Translations under genes and position numbers: made by a program
In this document: positions 26,627 to 41,600 of the stretch, piece after piece
Layout: every line of letters begins with the position of its first letter
Position numbering within the stretch: position 1 is the first letter of the stretch
DNA from: Balanoglossus misakiensis
Lineage: Eukaryota; Animalia; Hemichordata
Direction of reading: 5' to 3'
Length of the DNA stretch: 64,000 nucleotides
Assembly: GCA_040954595.2 (NCBI GenBank)
Contig: CM082576.2
Span: 18,213,028 to 18,277,027 of the forward strand
Notes under the pieces: generated by a model
What the model was told of the DNA's origin: nothing
Databases searched by the model: none
What the model saw: only the letters and a program-made list of their open reading frames with translations

Positions 26627-29600
26627 CACTTTGACATGGGTATAAAATGTGTATAGGGGGATTTAAAGTTGTCAGTAAATCCCTGGGTTAATACGTGGCG
26701 GAAAGCACTGTACTTTGACATTGCTAATGCAACGATGACATTGAATGGGATTCTTTGCATTAGGGCAAATGGCGAAGCAAGCTCAATGATGCATCAGAGT
26801 AGATGGTGATGCAAGCTCTGCACTTTCACATGGGTATTTAATGTTAAATGTAAATCCATAGGTTAATACGTGGCCAAAAGCACTCTATTTTGACATTGTT
26901 AATGGAACGATGACATTGAATCTGATTCTTTGCATCAGGGCAAATGGCGAAGCAAGGTTGATGATGCATCAGGGTAGATAGTGATGCAATCACTTCACTT
27001 TGACATGGGTATTAAATGCATATGGGGATTTCAAGTTGATGATAAATCCCTGGGTTAATACGTGTCCAAAAGCACTGTACTTTGACATTGCTAATGCAAC
27101 GATGACATTGAATCAGATTCTTTGCATCAGGGTAAATGGCGAAGCAAGGTTGATGATGCATCAGGGTAGATAGTGATGCAAGCTCTGCACTTTGACATGG
27201 GTATAAAATGCCTACAGGGGGATTTAAAGTTGTCTGTAAATCCCTGGGTTAATACGTGTCCAAAAGCACTGTACTTTGACATTGCTAATGCAACGATGAC
27301 ATTGAATCTGATTCTTTGCATCAGGGTAAATGGCGAAGCAAGGTTGATGATGCATCAGGGTAGATAGTGATGCAAGCTCTGCACTTTGACATGGGTATAA
27401 AATGCCTACAAGGGGATTTAAAGTTGTCTGTAAATCCCTGGGTTAATACGTGGCGGAAAGCACTGTACTTTGACATTGCATATGCAATGGTGACATTGAA
27501 TGGGATTCTTTGCATTAGGGCAAATGGCGAAGCAAGCTCAATGATGCATCAGAGTAGATGGTGATGCAAACTCTGCACTTTCACATGGGTATTTAATGTT
27601 AAAGGTAAATCCATAGGTTAATACGTGGCCAAAAGCACTCTAATTTGACATTGCTAATGCAACGATGACATTGAATCTGATTCTTTGCATCAGGGCAAAT
27701 GGCGAAGCAAGGTTGATGATGCATCAGGGTAGATAGTGATGCAAGCTCTGCACTTTGACATGGGTATAAAATGCCTACAGGGGGATTTAAAGTTGTCTGT
27801 AAATCCCTGGGTTAATACGTGGCGGAAAGCACTGTACTTTGACATTGCATATGCAATGGTGACATTGAATGGGATTCTTTGCATTAGGGCAAATGGCGAA
27901 GCAAGCTCAATGATGCATCAGAGTAGATGGTGATGCAAACTCTGCACTTTCACATGGGTATTTAATGTTAACTGTAAATCCATAGGTTAATACGTGGCCA
28001 AAAGCACTCTAATTTGACATTGCTAATGCAACGATGACATTGAATCTGATTCTTTGCATCAGGGCAAATGGCGAAGCAAGGTTGATGATGCATCAGGGTA
28101 GATAGTGATGCAATCACTTCACTTTGACATGGGTATTAAATGCATATGGGGATTTCAGGTTGTTGAAAAATCTGTGGGTTAATACGTGTCCAAAAGCACT
28201 GTACTTTGACATTGCTAATGCAACGATAACATTGGATCTGATTCTTTGCATCAGGGTAAATGGCGTAGCAAGCTTTATGATGAATCAGGGTAGATAGTGA
28301 TGCAAACACTTAACTTTGACATGGGTATTAAATGCATATGGGGATTTCAGGTTGTTGAAAAATCTGTGGGTTAATACGTGTCCAAAAGCACTGTACTTTG
28401 ACATTGCTAATGCAACGATAACATTGAATCTGATTCTTTGCATCAGGGTAAATGGCGTAGCAAGCTTTATGATGCATCAGGGTAGATAGTGATGCAAACA
28501 CTTCACTTTGACATGGGTATAAAATGCCTACAGGGGGATTTAATGTTGTCTGTAAATCCCTGGGTTATTACGTGTCCCAAAACACAGTACTTTGACATTG
28601 CTAATGCAGCGATGACATTGAATCTGATTCTTTGCATCAGGGTAAATGGCGAAGCAAGGTTGATCAAGCATCAGGGTAGATAGTGATGCAAGCTCTGCAC
28701 TTTGACATGGGCATAAAATGTCTACAGGGGGATTTAAAGTTGTCTGTAAATCCCTGGGTTAATACGTGGCGGAAAGCACTGTACTTTGACATTGCATATG
28801 CAATGGTGACATTGAATGGGATTCTTTGCATTAGGGCAAATGGCGAAGCAAGCTCAATGATGCATCAGAGTAGATGGTGATGCAAACTCTGCACTTTCAC
28901 ATGGGTATTTAATGTTAACTGTAAATCCATAGGTTAATACGTGGCCAAAAGCACTCTAATTTGACATTGCTAATGCAACGATGACATTGAATCTGATTCT
29001 TTGCATCAGGGCAAATTATGAAGCAAGGTTGATGATGCATCAGGGTAGATAGTGATGCAATCACTTAACTTTGACATGGGTATTAAATGCATATGGGGAT
29101 TTCAAGTTGATGATAAATCCCTGGGTTAATACATGTCCAAAAGCACTGTACTTTGACATTGCTAATGCAACGATGACATTGAGTCTGATTCTTTGCATCA
29201 GGGTAAATGGCGAAGCAAGGTTGATGATGTATCAGGGTAGATAGTGATGCAATCACTTCACTTTGACATGGGTATAAAATGCATATGGGGATTTCAAGTT
29301 GATGATAAATCCCTGGGTTAATACGTGTCCAAAATCACTGTACTTTGACATTGCTAATGCAACGATGACATTGAATCTGATTCTTTGCATCAGGGTAAAT
29401 GGCGTAGCAAGCTTTATGATGCATCGGGGTAGATAGTGATGCAAACACTTAACTTTGACATGGGTATTAAATGCATATGGGGATTTCAGGTTGTTGAAAA
29501 ATCTGTGGGTTAATACGTGTCCAAAAGCACTGTACTTTGACATTGCTAATGCAACGACAACATTGAATCTGATTCTTTGCATCAGGGTAAATGGCGTAGC

Positions 29601-32600
29601 AAGCTTTATGATGCATCAGGGTAGATAGTGATGCAAACACTTCACTTTGACATGGGTATAAAATGCCTACAGGGGGATTTAATGTTGTCTGTAAATCCCT
29701 GGGTTATTACGTGTCCAAAAACACTGTACTTTGACATTGCTAATGCAGCGATGACATTGAATCTGATTCTTTGCATCAGGGTAAATGGCGAAGCAAGGTT
29801 GATGAAGCATCAGGGTAGATAGTGATGCAAGCTCTGCACTTTGACATGGGCATAAAATGTCTACAGGGGGATTTAAAGTTGTCTGTAAATCCCTGGGTTA
29901 ATACGTGGCGGAAAGCACTGTACTTTGACATTGCATATGCAATGGTGACATTGAATGGGATTCTTTGCATTAGGGCAAATGGCGAAGCAAGCTCAATGAT
30001 ACATCAGAGTAGATGGTGATGCAAACTCTGCACTTTCACGTGGGTATTTAATGTTAAATGTAAATCCATAGGTTAATACGTGGCCAAAAGCACTCTAATT
30101 TGACATTGCTAATGCAACGATGACATTGAATCTGATTCTTTGCATCAGGGCAAATGGCGAAGCAAGGTTGATGATGCATCAGGGTAGATAGTGATGCAAT
30201 CACTTAACTTTGACATGGGTATTGAATGCATATGGGGATTTCAAGTTGATGATAAATCCCTGGGTTAATACGTGTCCAAAAGCACTGTACTTTGACATTG
30301 CTAATGTAACGATGACATTGAATTTGTTTCTTTGCATCAGGGTAAATGGCGTAGCAAGCTTTATATTGCATCAGGGTAGATAGTGATGCAAACACTTAAC
30401 TTTGACATGGGTATTAAATGCATATGGGGATTTCAGGTTGTTGAAAAATCTGTGGGTTAATACGTGTCCAAAAGCACTGTACTTTGACATTGCTAATGCA
30501 ACGACAACATTGAATCTGATTCTTTGCATCAGGGTAAATGGCGTAGCAAGCTTTATGATGCATCAGGGTAGATAGTGATGCAAACACTTCACTTTGACAT
30601 GGGTATAAAATGCCTACAGGGGGATTTAATGTTGTCTGTAAATCCCTGGGTTATTACGTGTCCAAAAACACTGTACTTTGACATTGCTAATGCAGCGATG
30701 ACATTGAATCTGATTCTTTGCATCAGGGTAAATGGCGAAGCAAGGTTGATGAAGCATCAGGGTAGATAGTGATGCAAGCTCTGCACTTTGACATGGGCAT
30801 AAAATGTCTACAGGGGGATTTAAAGTTGTCTGTAAATCCCTGGGTTAATACGTGGCGGAAAGCACTGTACTTTGACATTGCATATGCAATGGTGACATTG
30901 AATGGGATTCTTTGCATTAGGGCAAATGGCGAAGCAAGCTCAATGATACATCAGAGTAGATGGTGATGCAAACTCTGCACTTTCACGTGGGTATTTAATG
31001 TTAAATGTAAATCCATAGGTTAATACGTGGCCAAAAGCACTCTAATTTGACATTGCTAATGCAACGATGACATTGAATCTGATTCTTTGCATCAGGGCAA
31101 ATGGCGAAGCAAGGTTGATGATGCATCAGGGTAGATAGTGATGCAATCACTTAACTTTGACATGGGTATTGAATGCATATGGGGATTTCAGGTTGTTGAA
31201 CAATCTGTGGGTTAATACGTGTCGAAAAGCACTGTACTTTGACATTGCTAATGCAATGATGACATTGAATCTGATTCTTTACATCAGGGTAAATGGCGTA
31301 GCAAGCTTTATGATGCATCAGGGTAGATAGTGATGCAAACACTTCACTTTGACATGGGTATTAAATGCATATGGGGATTTCAGGTTGTTGAAAAATCTGT
31401 GGGTAAATACGTGTCGAAAAGCACTGTACTTTGACATTGCTAATGCAATGATGACATTGAATCTGATTCTTTGCATCAGGGTAAATGGCGTAGCAAGCTT
31501 TATGATGCATCAGGGTAGATAGTGATGCAAACACTTCACTTTGACATGTGTATAAAATGCCTACAGGGGGATTTAAAGTTGTCTGTAAATCCCTGGGTTA
31601 ATACGTGTCCAAAAACACTGTACTTTGACATTGCTAATGCAGCGATGACATTGAATCTGATTCTTTGCATCAGGGTAAATGGCGAAGCAAGGTTGATGAA
31701 GCATCAGGGTAGATAGTGATGCAAGCTCTGCACTTTGACATGGGCATAAAATGTCTACAGGGGGATTTAAAGTTGTCTGTAAATCCCTGGGTTAATACGT
31801 GGCGGAAAGCACTGTACTTTGACATTGCATATGCAATGGTGACATTGAATGGGATTCTTTGCATTAGGGCAAATGGCGAAGCAAGCTCAATGATACATCA
31901 GAGTAGATGGTGATGCAAACTCTGCACTTTCACGTGGGTATTTAATGTTAAATGTAAATCCATAGGTTAATACGTGGCCAAAAGCACTCTAATTTGACAT
32001 TGCTAATGCAACGATGACATTGAATCTGATTCTTTGCATCAGGGCAAATGGCGAAGCAAGGTTGATGATGCATCAGGGTAGATAGTGATGCAATCACTTA
32101 ACTTTGACATGGGTATTGAATGCATATGGGGATTTCAAGTTGATGATAAATCCCTGGGTTAATACGTGTCCAAAAGCACTGTACTTTGACATTGCTAATG
32201 TAACGATGACATTGAATTTGTTTCTTTGCATCAGGGTAAATGGCGTAGCAAGCTTTATATTGCATCAGGGTAGATAGTGATGCAAACACTTCACTTTGAC
32301 ATGGGTATTAAATGCATATGGGGATTTCAAGTTGATGATAAATCCCTGGGTTAATACGTGTCCAAAAGCACTGTACTTTGACATTGCTAATGCAACGATA
32401 ACATTGAATCTGATTCTTTGCATCAGGGTAAATGGCGTAGCAAGCTTTATGATGCATCAGGGTAGATAGTGATGCAAACACTTCACTTTGACATGGGTAT
32501 AAAATGCCTACAGGGGGATTTAATGTTGTCTGTAAATCCCTGGGTTATTACGTGTCCAAAAACACTGTACTTTGACATTGCTAATGCAACGATGACATTG

Positions 32601-35600
32601 AATCTGATTCGTTGCATCAGGGTAAATGGCGAAGCAAGGTTGATTATGCATCAGGGTAGATAGTGATGCAAGCTCTGCACTTAGACATGGGTATAAAATG
32701 CCTACAGGGGGATTTAAAGTTGTCTGTAAATCCCTGGGTTAATACGTGGCGGAAAGCACTGTACTTTGACATTGCATATGCAATGGTGACATTGAATGGG
32801 ATTCTTTGATTTAGGGCAAATGGCGAAGCAAGCTCAATGATGCATCAGAGTAGATGGTGATGCAAACTCTGCACTTTCACATGGGTATTTAATGTTAAAT
32901 GTAAATCCATAGGTTAATACGTGGCCAAAAGCACTCTAATTTGACATTGCTAATGGAACGATGACATTGAATCTGATTCTTTGCATCAGGGCAAATGGCG
33001 AAGCAAGGTTTATGATGCATCAGGGTAGATAGTGATGCAATCACTTCACTTTGACATGGGTATTAAATGCATATGGGGATTTCAAGTTGATGATAAATCC
33101 CTGGGTTAATACGTGTCCAAAAGCACTGTACTTTGACATTGCTAATGTAACGATGACATTGAATATGATTCTTTGCATCAGGGTAAATGGCGTAGCAAGC
33201 TTTATGATGCATCAGGGTAGATAGTGATGCAAACACTTCACTTTGACATGGGTATTAAATGCATATGGGGATTTCAGGTTGTTGAAAAATCTGTGGGTTA
33301 ATACGTGTCGAAAAGCACTGTACTTTGACATTGCTAATGCAATGATGACATTGAATCTGATTCTTTACATCAGGGTAAATGGCGTAGCAAGCTTTATGAT
33401 GCATCAGGGTAGATAGTGATGCAAACACTTCACTTTGACATGGGTATTAAATGCATATGGGGATTTCAGGTTGTTGAAAAATCTGTGGGTTAATACGTGT
33501 CGAAAAGCACTGTACTTTGACATTGCTAATGCAATGATGACATTGAATCTGATTCTTTGCATCAGGGTAAATGGCGTAGCAAGCTTTATGATGCATCAGG
33601 GTAGATAGTGATGCAAACACTTCACTTTGACATGGGTATTAAATGCATATGGGGATTTCAGGTTGTTGAAAAATCTGTGGGTTAATACGTGTCGAAAAGC
33701 ACTGTACTTTGACATTGCTAATGCAATGATGACATTGAATCTGATTCTTTGCATCAGGGTAAATGGCGTAGCAAGCTTTATGATGCATCAGGGTAGATAG
33801 TGATGCAAACTCTTCACTTTGACATGTGTATAAAATGCCTACAGGGGGATTTAAAGTTGTCTGTAAATCCCTGGGTTAATACGTGTCCAAAAGCACTGTA
33901 CTTTGACATTGCTAATGCAACGATGACATTGAATCTGATTCTTTGCATCAGGGTAAATGGCGAAGCAAGGTTGATGATGCATCAGGGTAGATAGTGATGC
34001 AAGCTCTGCACTTAGACATGGGTATAAAATGCCTACAGGGGGATTTAAAGTTGTCTGTAAATCCCTGGGTTAATACGTGGCGGAAAACACTGTACTTTGA
34101 CATTGCATATGCAATGGTGACATTGAATGGGATTCTTTGCATTAGGGCAAATGGCGAAGCAAGCTCAATGATGCATCAGAGTAGATGGTGATGCAAACTC
34201 TGCACTTTCACATGGGTATTTAATGTTAAATGTAAATCCATAGGTTAATACGTGGCCAAAAGCACTCTAATTTGACATTGCTAATGCAACGATGACATTG
34301 AATCTGATTCTTTGCATCTGGGCAAATGGCGAAGCAAGGTTGATGATGCATCAGGGTAGATAGTGATGCAATCACTTCACTTTGACATGGGTATTAAATG
34401 CATATGGGGATTTCAAGTTGATGATAAATCCCTGGGTTAATACGTGTCCAAAAGCACTGTACTTTGACATTGCTAATGTAACGATGACATTGAATCTGAT
34501 TCTTTGCATCAGGGTAAATGGCGTAGCAAGCTTTATGATGCATCAGGGTAGATAGTGATGCAAACACTTCACTTTGACATGGGTATTAAATGCATATGGG
34601 GATTTCAGGTTGTTGAAAAATCTGTTGGTTAATACGTGTCCAAAAGCACTGTACTTTGACATTGCTAATGCAATGATGACATTGAATCTGATTCTTTGCA
34701 TCAGGGTAAATGGCGTAGCAAGCTTTATGATGCATCAGGGTAGATAGTGATGCAAACACTTCACTTTGACATGGGTATAAAATGCCTACAGGGGGATTTA
34801 AAGTTGTCTGTAAATCCCTGGGTTAATACGTGTCTAAAAGCACTGTACTTTGACATTGCTAATGTAACGATGACATTGAATCTGATTCTTTGCATCAGGG
34901 TAAATGGCGAAGCAAGGTTGATTATGCATCAGGGTAGATAGTGATGCAAGCTCTGCACTTTGACATGGGTATAAAATGCCTACAGGGGGATTTAAAGTTG
35001 TCTGTAAATCCCTGGGTTAATACGAGGCGGAAAGCACTGTACTTTGACATTGCATATGCAATGGTGACATTGAATGGGATTCTTTGCATTAGGGCAAATG
35101 GTGAAGCAAGCTCAATGATGCATCAGAGTAGATGGTGATGCAAACTCTGCACTTTCACATGGGTATTTAATGTTAAATGTAAACCCATAGGTTAATACGT
35201 GGCCAAAAGCACTCTAATTTGACAATGCTAATGCAACGATGACATTGAATCTGATTCTTTGCATCAGAGCAAATGGCGAAGCAAGGTTGATGATGCATCA
35301 GGGTAGATAGTGATGCAATCACTTCACTTTGACATGGGTATTAAATGCATATGGGGATTTCAAGTTGATGATAAATCCCTGGGTTAATACGTGTCCAAAA
35401 GCACTGTACTTTGACATTGCTAATGTAACGATGACATTGAATATGATTCTTTGCATCAGGGTAAATGGCGTAGCAAGCTTTATGATGCATCAGGGTAGAT
35501 AGTGATGCAAACACTTCACTTTGACATGGGTATTAAATGCATATGGGGATTTCAGGTTGTTGAAAAATCTGTGGGTTAATACGTGTCGAAAAGCACTGTA

Positions 35601-38600
35601 CTTTGACATTGCTAATGCAATGATGACATTGAATCTGATTCTTTGCATCAGGGTAAATGGCGTAGCAAGCTTTATGATGCATCAGGGTAGATAGTGATGC
35701 AAACACTTCACTTTGACATGGGTGTAAAATGCCTACAGGGGGATTTAAAGTTGTCTGTAAATCCCTGGGTTAATACGTGTCGAAAAGCACTGTACTTTGA
35801 CATTGCTAATGCAACGATGACATTGAATCTGATTCTTTGCATCAGGGTAAATGGCGAAGCAAGGTTGATGATGCATCAGGGTAGATAGTGATGCAAGCTC
35901 TGCACTTTGACATGGGTATAAAATGCCTACTGGGGGATTTAAAGTTGTCTGTAAATCCCTGGGTTAATACGTGGCGGAAAGCACTGTACTTTGACATTGC
36001 ATATGCAATGGTGACATTGAATGGGATTCTTTGCATTAGGGCAAATGGCGAAGCAAGCTCAATGATGCATCAGAGTAGATGGTGATGCAAACTCTGCACT
36101 TTCACATGGGTATTTAATGTTAAATGTAAATCCATAGGTTAATACGTGGCCAAAAGCACTCTAATTTGACATTGCTAATGCAACGATGACATTGAATCTG
36201 ATTCTTTGCATCAGGGCAAATGGCGAAGCAAGGTTGATGATGCATCAGGATAGATAGTGATGCAATCACTTCACTTTGACTTGGGTATTAAATGCATATG
36301 GGGATTTCAAGTTGATGATAAATCCCTGGGTTAATACGTGTCCAAAAGCACTGTACTTTGACATTGCTAATGTAACGATGACATTGAATCTGATTCTTTG
36401 CATCAGGGTAAATGGCGTAGCAAGCTTTATGATGCATCAGGGTAGATAGTGATGCAAACACTTCACTTTGACATGGGTATTAAATGCATATGGGGATTTC
36501 AGGTTGTTGAAAAATCTGTGGGTTAATACGTGTCCAAAAGCACTGTACTTTGACATTGCTAATGTAACGATGACATTGAATCTGATTCTTTGCATCAGGG
36601 TAAATGGCGTAGCAAGCTTTATGATGCATCAGGGTAGATAGTGATGCAAACACTTCACTTTGACATGGGTATTAAATGCATATGGGGATTTCAGGTTGTT
36701 GAAAAATCTGTGGGTTAATACGTGTCGAAAAGCACTGTACTTTGACATTGCTAATGCAATGATGACATTGAATCTGATTCTTTGCATCAGGGTAAATGGC
36801 GTAGCAAGCTTAATGATGCATCAGGGTAGATAGTGATGCAAACACTTCACTTTGACATGGGTATTAAATGCATATGGGGATTTCAGGTTGTTGAAAATTC
36901 TGTGGGTTAATACGTGTCCAAAAGCACTGTACTTTGACATTGCTAATGTAACGATGACATTGAATCTGATTCTTTGCATCAGGGTAAATGGCGTAGCAAG
37001 CTTTATGATGCATCAGGGTAGATAGTGATGCAAACACTTCACTTTGACATGGGTATTAAATGCATATGGGGATTTCAGGTTGTTGAAAAATCTGTGGGTT
37101 AATACGTGTCGAAAAGCACTGTACTTTGACATTGCTAATGCAATGATGACATTGAATCTGATTCTTTGCATCAGGGTAAATGGCGTAGCAAGCTTAATGA
37201 TGCATCAGGGTAGATAGTGATGCAAACACTTCACTTTGACATGGGTATTAAATGCATATGGGGATTTCAGGTTGTTGAAAAATCTGTGGGTTAATACGTG
37301 TCGAAAAGCACTGTACTTTGACATTGCTAATGCAATGATGACATTGAATCTGATTCTTTGCATCAGGGTAAATGGCGTAGCAAGCTTAATGATGCATCAG
37401 GGTAGATAGTGATGCAAACACTTCACTTTGACATGGGTATAAAATGCCTACAGGGGGATTTAAAGTTGTCTGTAAATCCCTGGGTTAATACGTGTCCAAA
37501 AGCACTGTAATTTGACATTGCTAATGCAACGATGACATTTAATCTGATTCTTTGCATCAGGGTAAATGGCGAAGCAAGGTTGATTATGCATCAGGGTAGA
37601 TAGTGATGCAAGCTCTGCACTTTGACATGGGTATAAAATGCCTACAGGGGGATTTAAAGTTGTCTGTAAATCCCTGGGTTAATACGTGGCGGAAAGCACT
37701 GTACTTTGACATTGCATATGCAATGGTGACATTGAATGGGATTCTTTGCATTAGGGCAAATGGCGAAGCAAGCTCAATGATGCATCAGAGTAGATGGTGA
37801 TGCAAACTCTGCACTTTCACATGGGTATTTAATGTTAAATGTAAATCCATAGGTTAATACGTGGCCAAAAGCACTCTAATTTGACATTGCTAATGCAACG
37901 ATGACATTGAATCTGATTCTTTGCATCAGGGCAAATGGCGAAGCAAGGTTGATGATGCATCAGGGTAGATAGTGATGCAATCACTTCACTTTGACATGGG
38001 TATTAAATGCATATGGGGATTTCAAGTTGATGATAAATCCCTGGGTTAATACGTGTCCAAAAGCACTGTACTTTGACATTGCTAATGTAACGATGACATT
38101 GAATATGATTCTTTGCATCAGGGTAAATGGCGTAGCAAGCTTTATGATGCATCAGGGTAGATAGTGATGCAAACACTTCACTTTGACATGGGTATTAATT
38201 GCATATGGGGATTTCAGGTTGTTGAAAAATCTGTGGGTTAATACGTGTCGAAAAGCACTGTACTTTGACATTGCTAATGCAATGATGACATTGAATCTGA
38301 TTCTTTGCATCAGGGTAAATGGCGTAGCAAGCTTTATGATGCATCAGGGTAGATAGTGATGCAAACACTTCACTTTGACATGGGTATAAAATGCCTACAG
38401 GGGGATTTAAAGTTGTCTGTAAATCCCTGGGTTAATACGTGTCCAAAAGCACTGTACTTTGACATTGCTAATGCAACGGTGACATTGAATCTGATTCTTT
38501 GCATCAGGGTAAATGGCAAAGCAAGGTTGATGATGCATCAGGGTAGATAGTGATGCAAGCTCTGCACTTTGACATGGGTATAAAATGCCTACTGGGGGAT

Positions 38601-41600
38601 TTAAAGTTATCTGTAAATCCCTGGGTTAATACGTGTCCAAAAGCACTGTACTTTGACATTGCATATGCAATGGTGACATTGAATGGGATTCTTTGCATTA
38701 GGGCAAATGGCGAAGCAAGCTCAATGATGCATCAAAGTAGATGGTGATGCAAACTCTGCACTTTCACATGGGTATTTAATGTTAAATGTAAATCCATAGG
38801 TTAATACGTGGCCAAAAGCACTCTAATTTGACATTGCTAATGCAACGATGACATTGAATCTGATTCTTTGCATCAGGGCAAATGGCGTAGCAAGCTTTAT
38901 GATGCATCAGGGTAGATAGTGATGCAATCACTTCACTTTGACATGGGTATTAAATGCATATGGGGATTTCAAGTTGATGATAAATCCCTGGGTTAATACG
39001 TGTCCAAAAGCACTGTACTTTGACATTGCTAATGTAACGATGACATTGAATATGATTCTTTGCATCAGGGCAAATGGCGAAGCAAGGTTGATGATGCATC
39101 AGGGTAGATAGTGATGCAATCACTTCACTTTGACATGGGTATTAAATGCATATTGGGATTTCAGGTTGTTGAAAAATCTGTGGGTTAATACGTGTCGAAA
39201 AGCACTGTACTTTGACATTGCTAATGCAATGATGACATTGAATCTGATTCTTTGCATCAGGGTAAATGGCGTAGCAAGCTTTATGATGCATCAGGGTAAA
39301 TAGTGATGCAAACACTTCACTTTGACATGGGTATAAAATGCCTACAGGGGGATTTAAAGTTGTCTGTAAATCCCTGGGTTAATACGTGTCCAAAAGCACT
39401 GTACTTTGACATTGCTAATGCAACGATGACATTGAATCTGATTCTTTGCATCAGGGTAAATGGCGAAGCAAGGTTGATGATGCATCAGGGTAGATAGTGA
39501 TGCATGCTCTGCACTTTGACATGGGTATAAAATGCCTACTGGGGGATTTAAAGTTGTCTGTAAATCCCTGGGTTAATACGTGGCGGAAAGCACTGTACTT
39601 TGACATTGCATATGCAATGGTGACATTGAATGGGATTCTTGCATTAGGGCAAATGGCGAAGCAAGCTTAATGATGCATCAAAGTAGATGGTGATGCAAAC
39701 TCTGCACTTTCACATGGGTATTTAATGTTAAATGTAAATCCATAGGTTAATACGTGGCCAAAAGCACTCTAATTTGACATTGCTAATGCAACGATGACAT
39801 TGAATCTGATTCTTTGCATCAGGGCAAATGGCGAAGCAAGGTTGATGATGCATCAGGATAGATAGTGATGCAATCACTTCACTTTGACATGGGTATTAAA
39901 TGCATATGGGGATTTCAAGTTGATGATAAATCCCTGGGTTAATATTTGTCCAAAAGCACTGTACTTTGACATTGCTAATGTAACGATGACATTGAATCTG
40001 ATTCTTTGCATCAGGGTAAATGGCGTAGCAAGCTTTATGATGCATCAGGGTAGATAGTGATGCAAACACTTCACTTTGACATGGGTATTAAATGCATATG
40101 GGGATTTCAGGTTGTTGAAAAATCTGTGGGTTAATACGTGTCCAAAAGCATTGTACTTTGACATTGCTAATGCAACGATGACATTGAATCTGATTCTTTG
40201 CATCAGGGCAAATGGCGAAGCAAGGTTGATGATGCATCAGGGTAGATAGTGATGCAATCACTTCACTTTGACATGGGTATTAAATGCATATGGGGATTTC
40301 AAGTTGATGATAAATCCCTGGGTTAATACGTGTCCAAAAGCACTGTACTTTGACATTGCTAATGTAATGATGACATTGAATCTGATTCTTTGCATCAGGG
40401 TAAATGGCGTAGTAAGCTTTATGATGCATCAGGGTAGATAGTGATGCAAGCTCTGCACTTTGACATGGGTATAAAATGCCTACAGGGGGATTTAAAGTTG
40501 TCTGTAAATCCCTGGGTTAATACGTGGCGGAAAGCACTGTACTTTGACATTGCATATGCAATGGTGACATTGAATGGGATTCTTTGCATTAGGGCAAATG
40601 GCGAAGCAAGCTCAATGATGCATCAGAGTAGATGGTGATGCAAACTCTGCACTTTCACATGGGTATTTAATGTTAAATGTAAATCCATAGGTTAATACGT
40701 GGCCAAAAGCACTCTAATTTGACATTGCTAATGCAACGATCACATTGAATCTGATTCTTTGCATCAGGGCAAATGGCGAAGCAAGGTTGATGATGCATCA
40801 GGGTAGGTAGTGATGCAATCATTTCACTTTGACATGGGTATTAAATGAATATGGGGATTTCAAGTTGATGATAAATCCCTGGGTTAATACGTGTCCAAAA
40901 GCACTTTATTTTGACATTGCTAATGTAACGATGACATTGAATCTGATTCTTTGCATCAGGGTAAATGGCGTAGCAAGCTTTATGATGCCTCAGGGTAGAT
41001 AGTGATGCAAACACTTCACTTTGACATGGGTATTAAATGCATATGGGGATTTCAGGTTGTTGAAAAATCTGTGGGTTAATACGTGGCGGAAAGCACTGTA
41101 CTTCGATATTGCATATGCAATGGTGACATTGAATGGGATTGTTTGCATTAGGGCAAATGGCGAAGCAAGCTCAATGATGCATCAGAGTAGATGGTGATGC
41201 AAACTCTGCACTTTCACATGGGTATTTAATGTTAAATGTAAATCCATAGGTTAATACGTGGCCAAAAGCACTCTAAGTTGACATTGTTAATGCAACGATC
41301 ACATTGAATCTGATTCTTTGCATCAGGGCAAATGGCGAAGCAAGGTTGATGATGCATCAGGGTAGATAGTGATGCAATCACTTCACTTTGACATGGGTAT
41401 TAAATGCATATGGGGATTTCAAGTTGATGATAAATCCCTGGGTTAATACGTGTCCAAAAGCACTGTACTTTGACATTGCTAATGCAATGATGACATTGAA
41501 TCTGTTTCTTTGCATCAGGGTAAATGGCGTAGCAAGCTTTATGATGCATCAGGGTAGATAGTAATGCAAACACTTCACTTTGACATTGGTATAAAATGCC

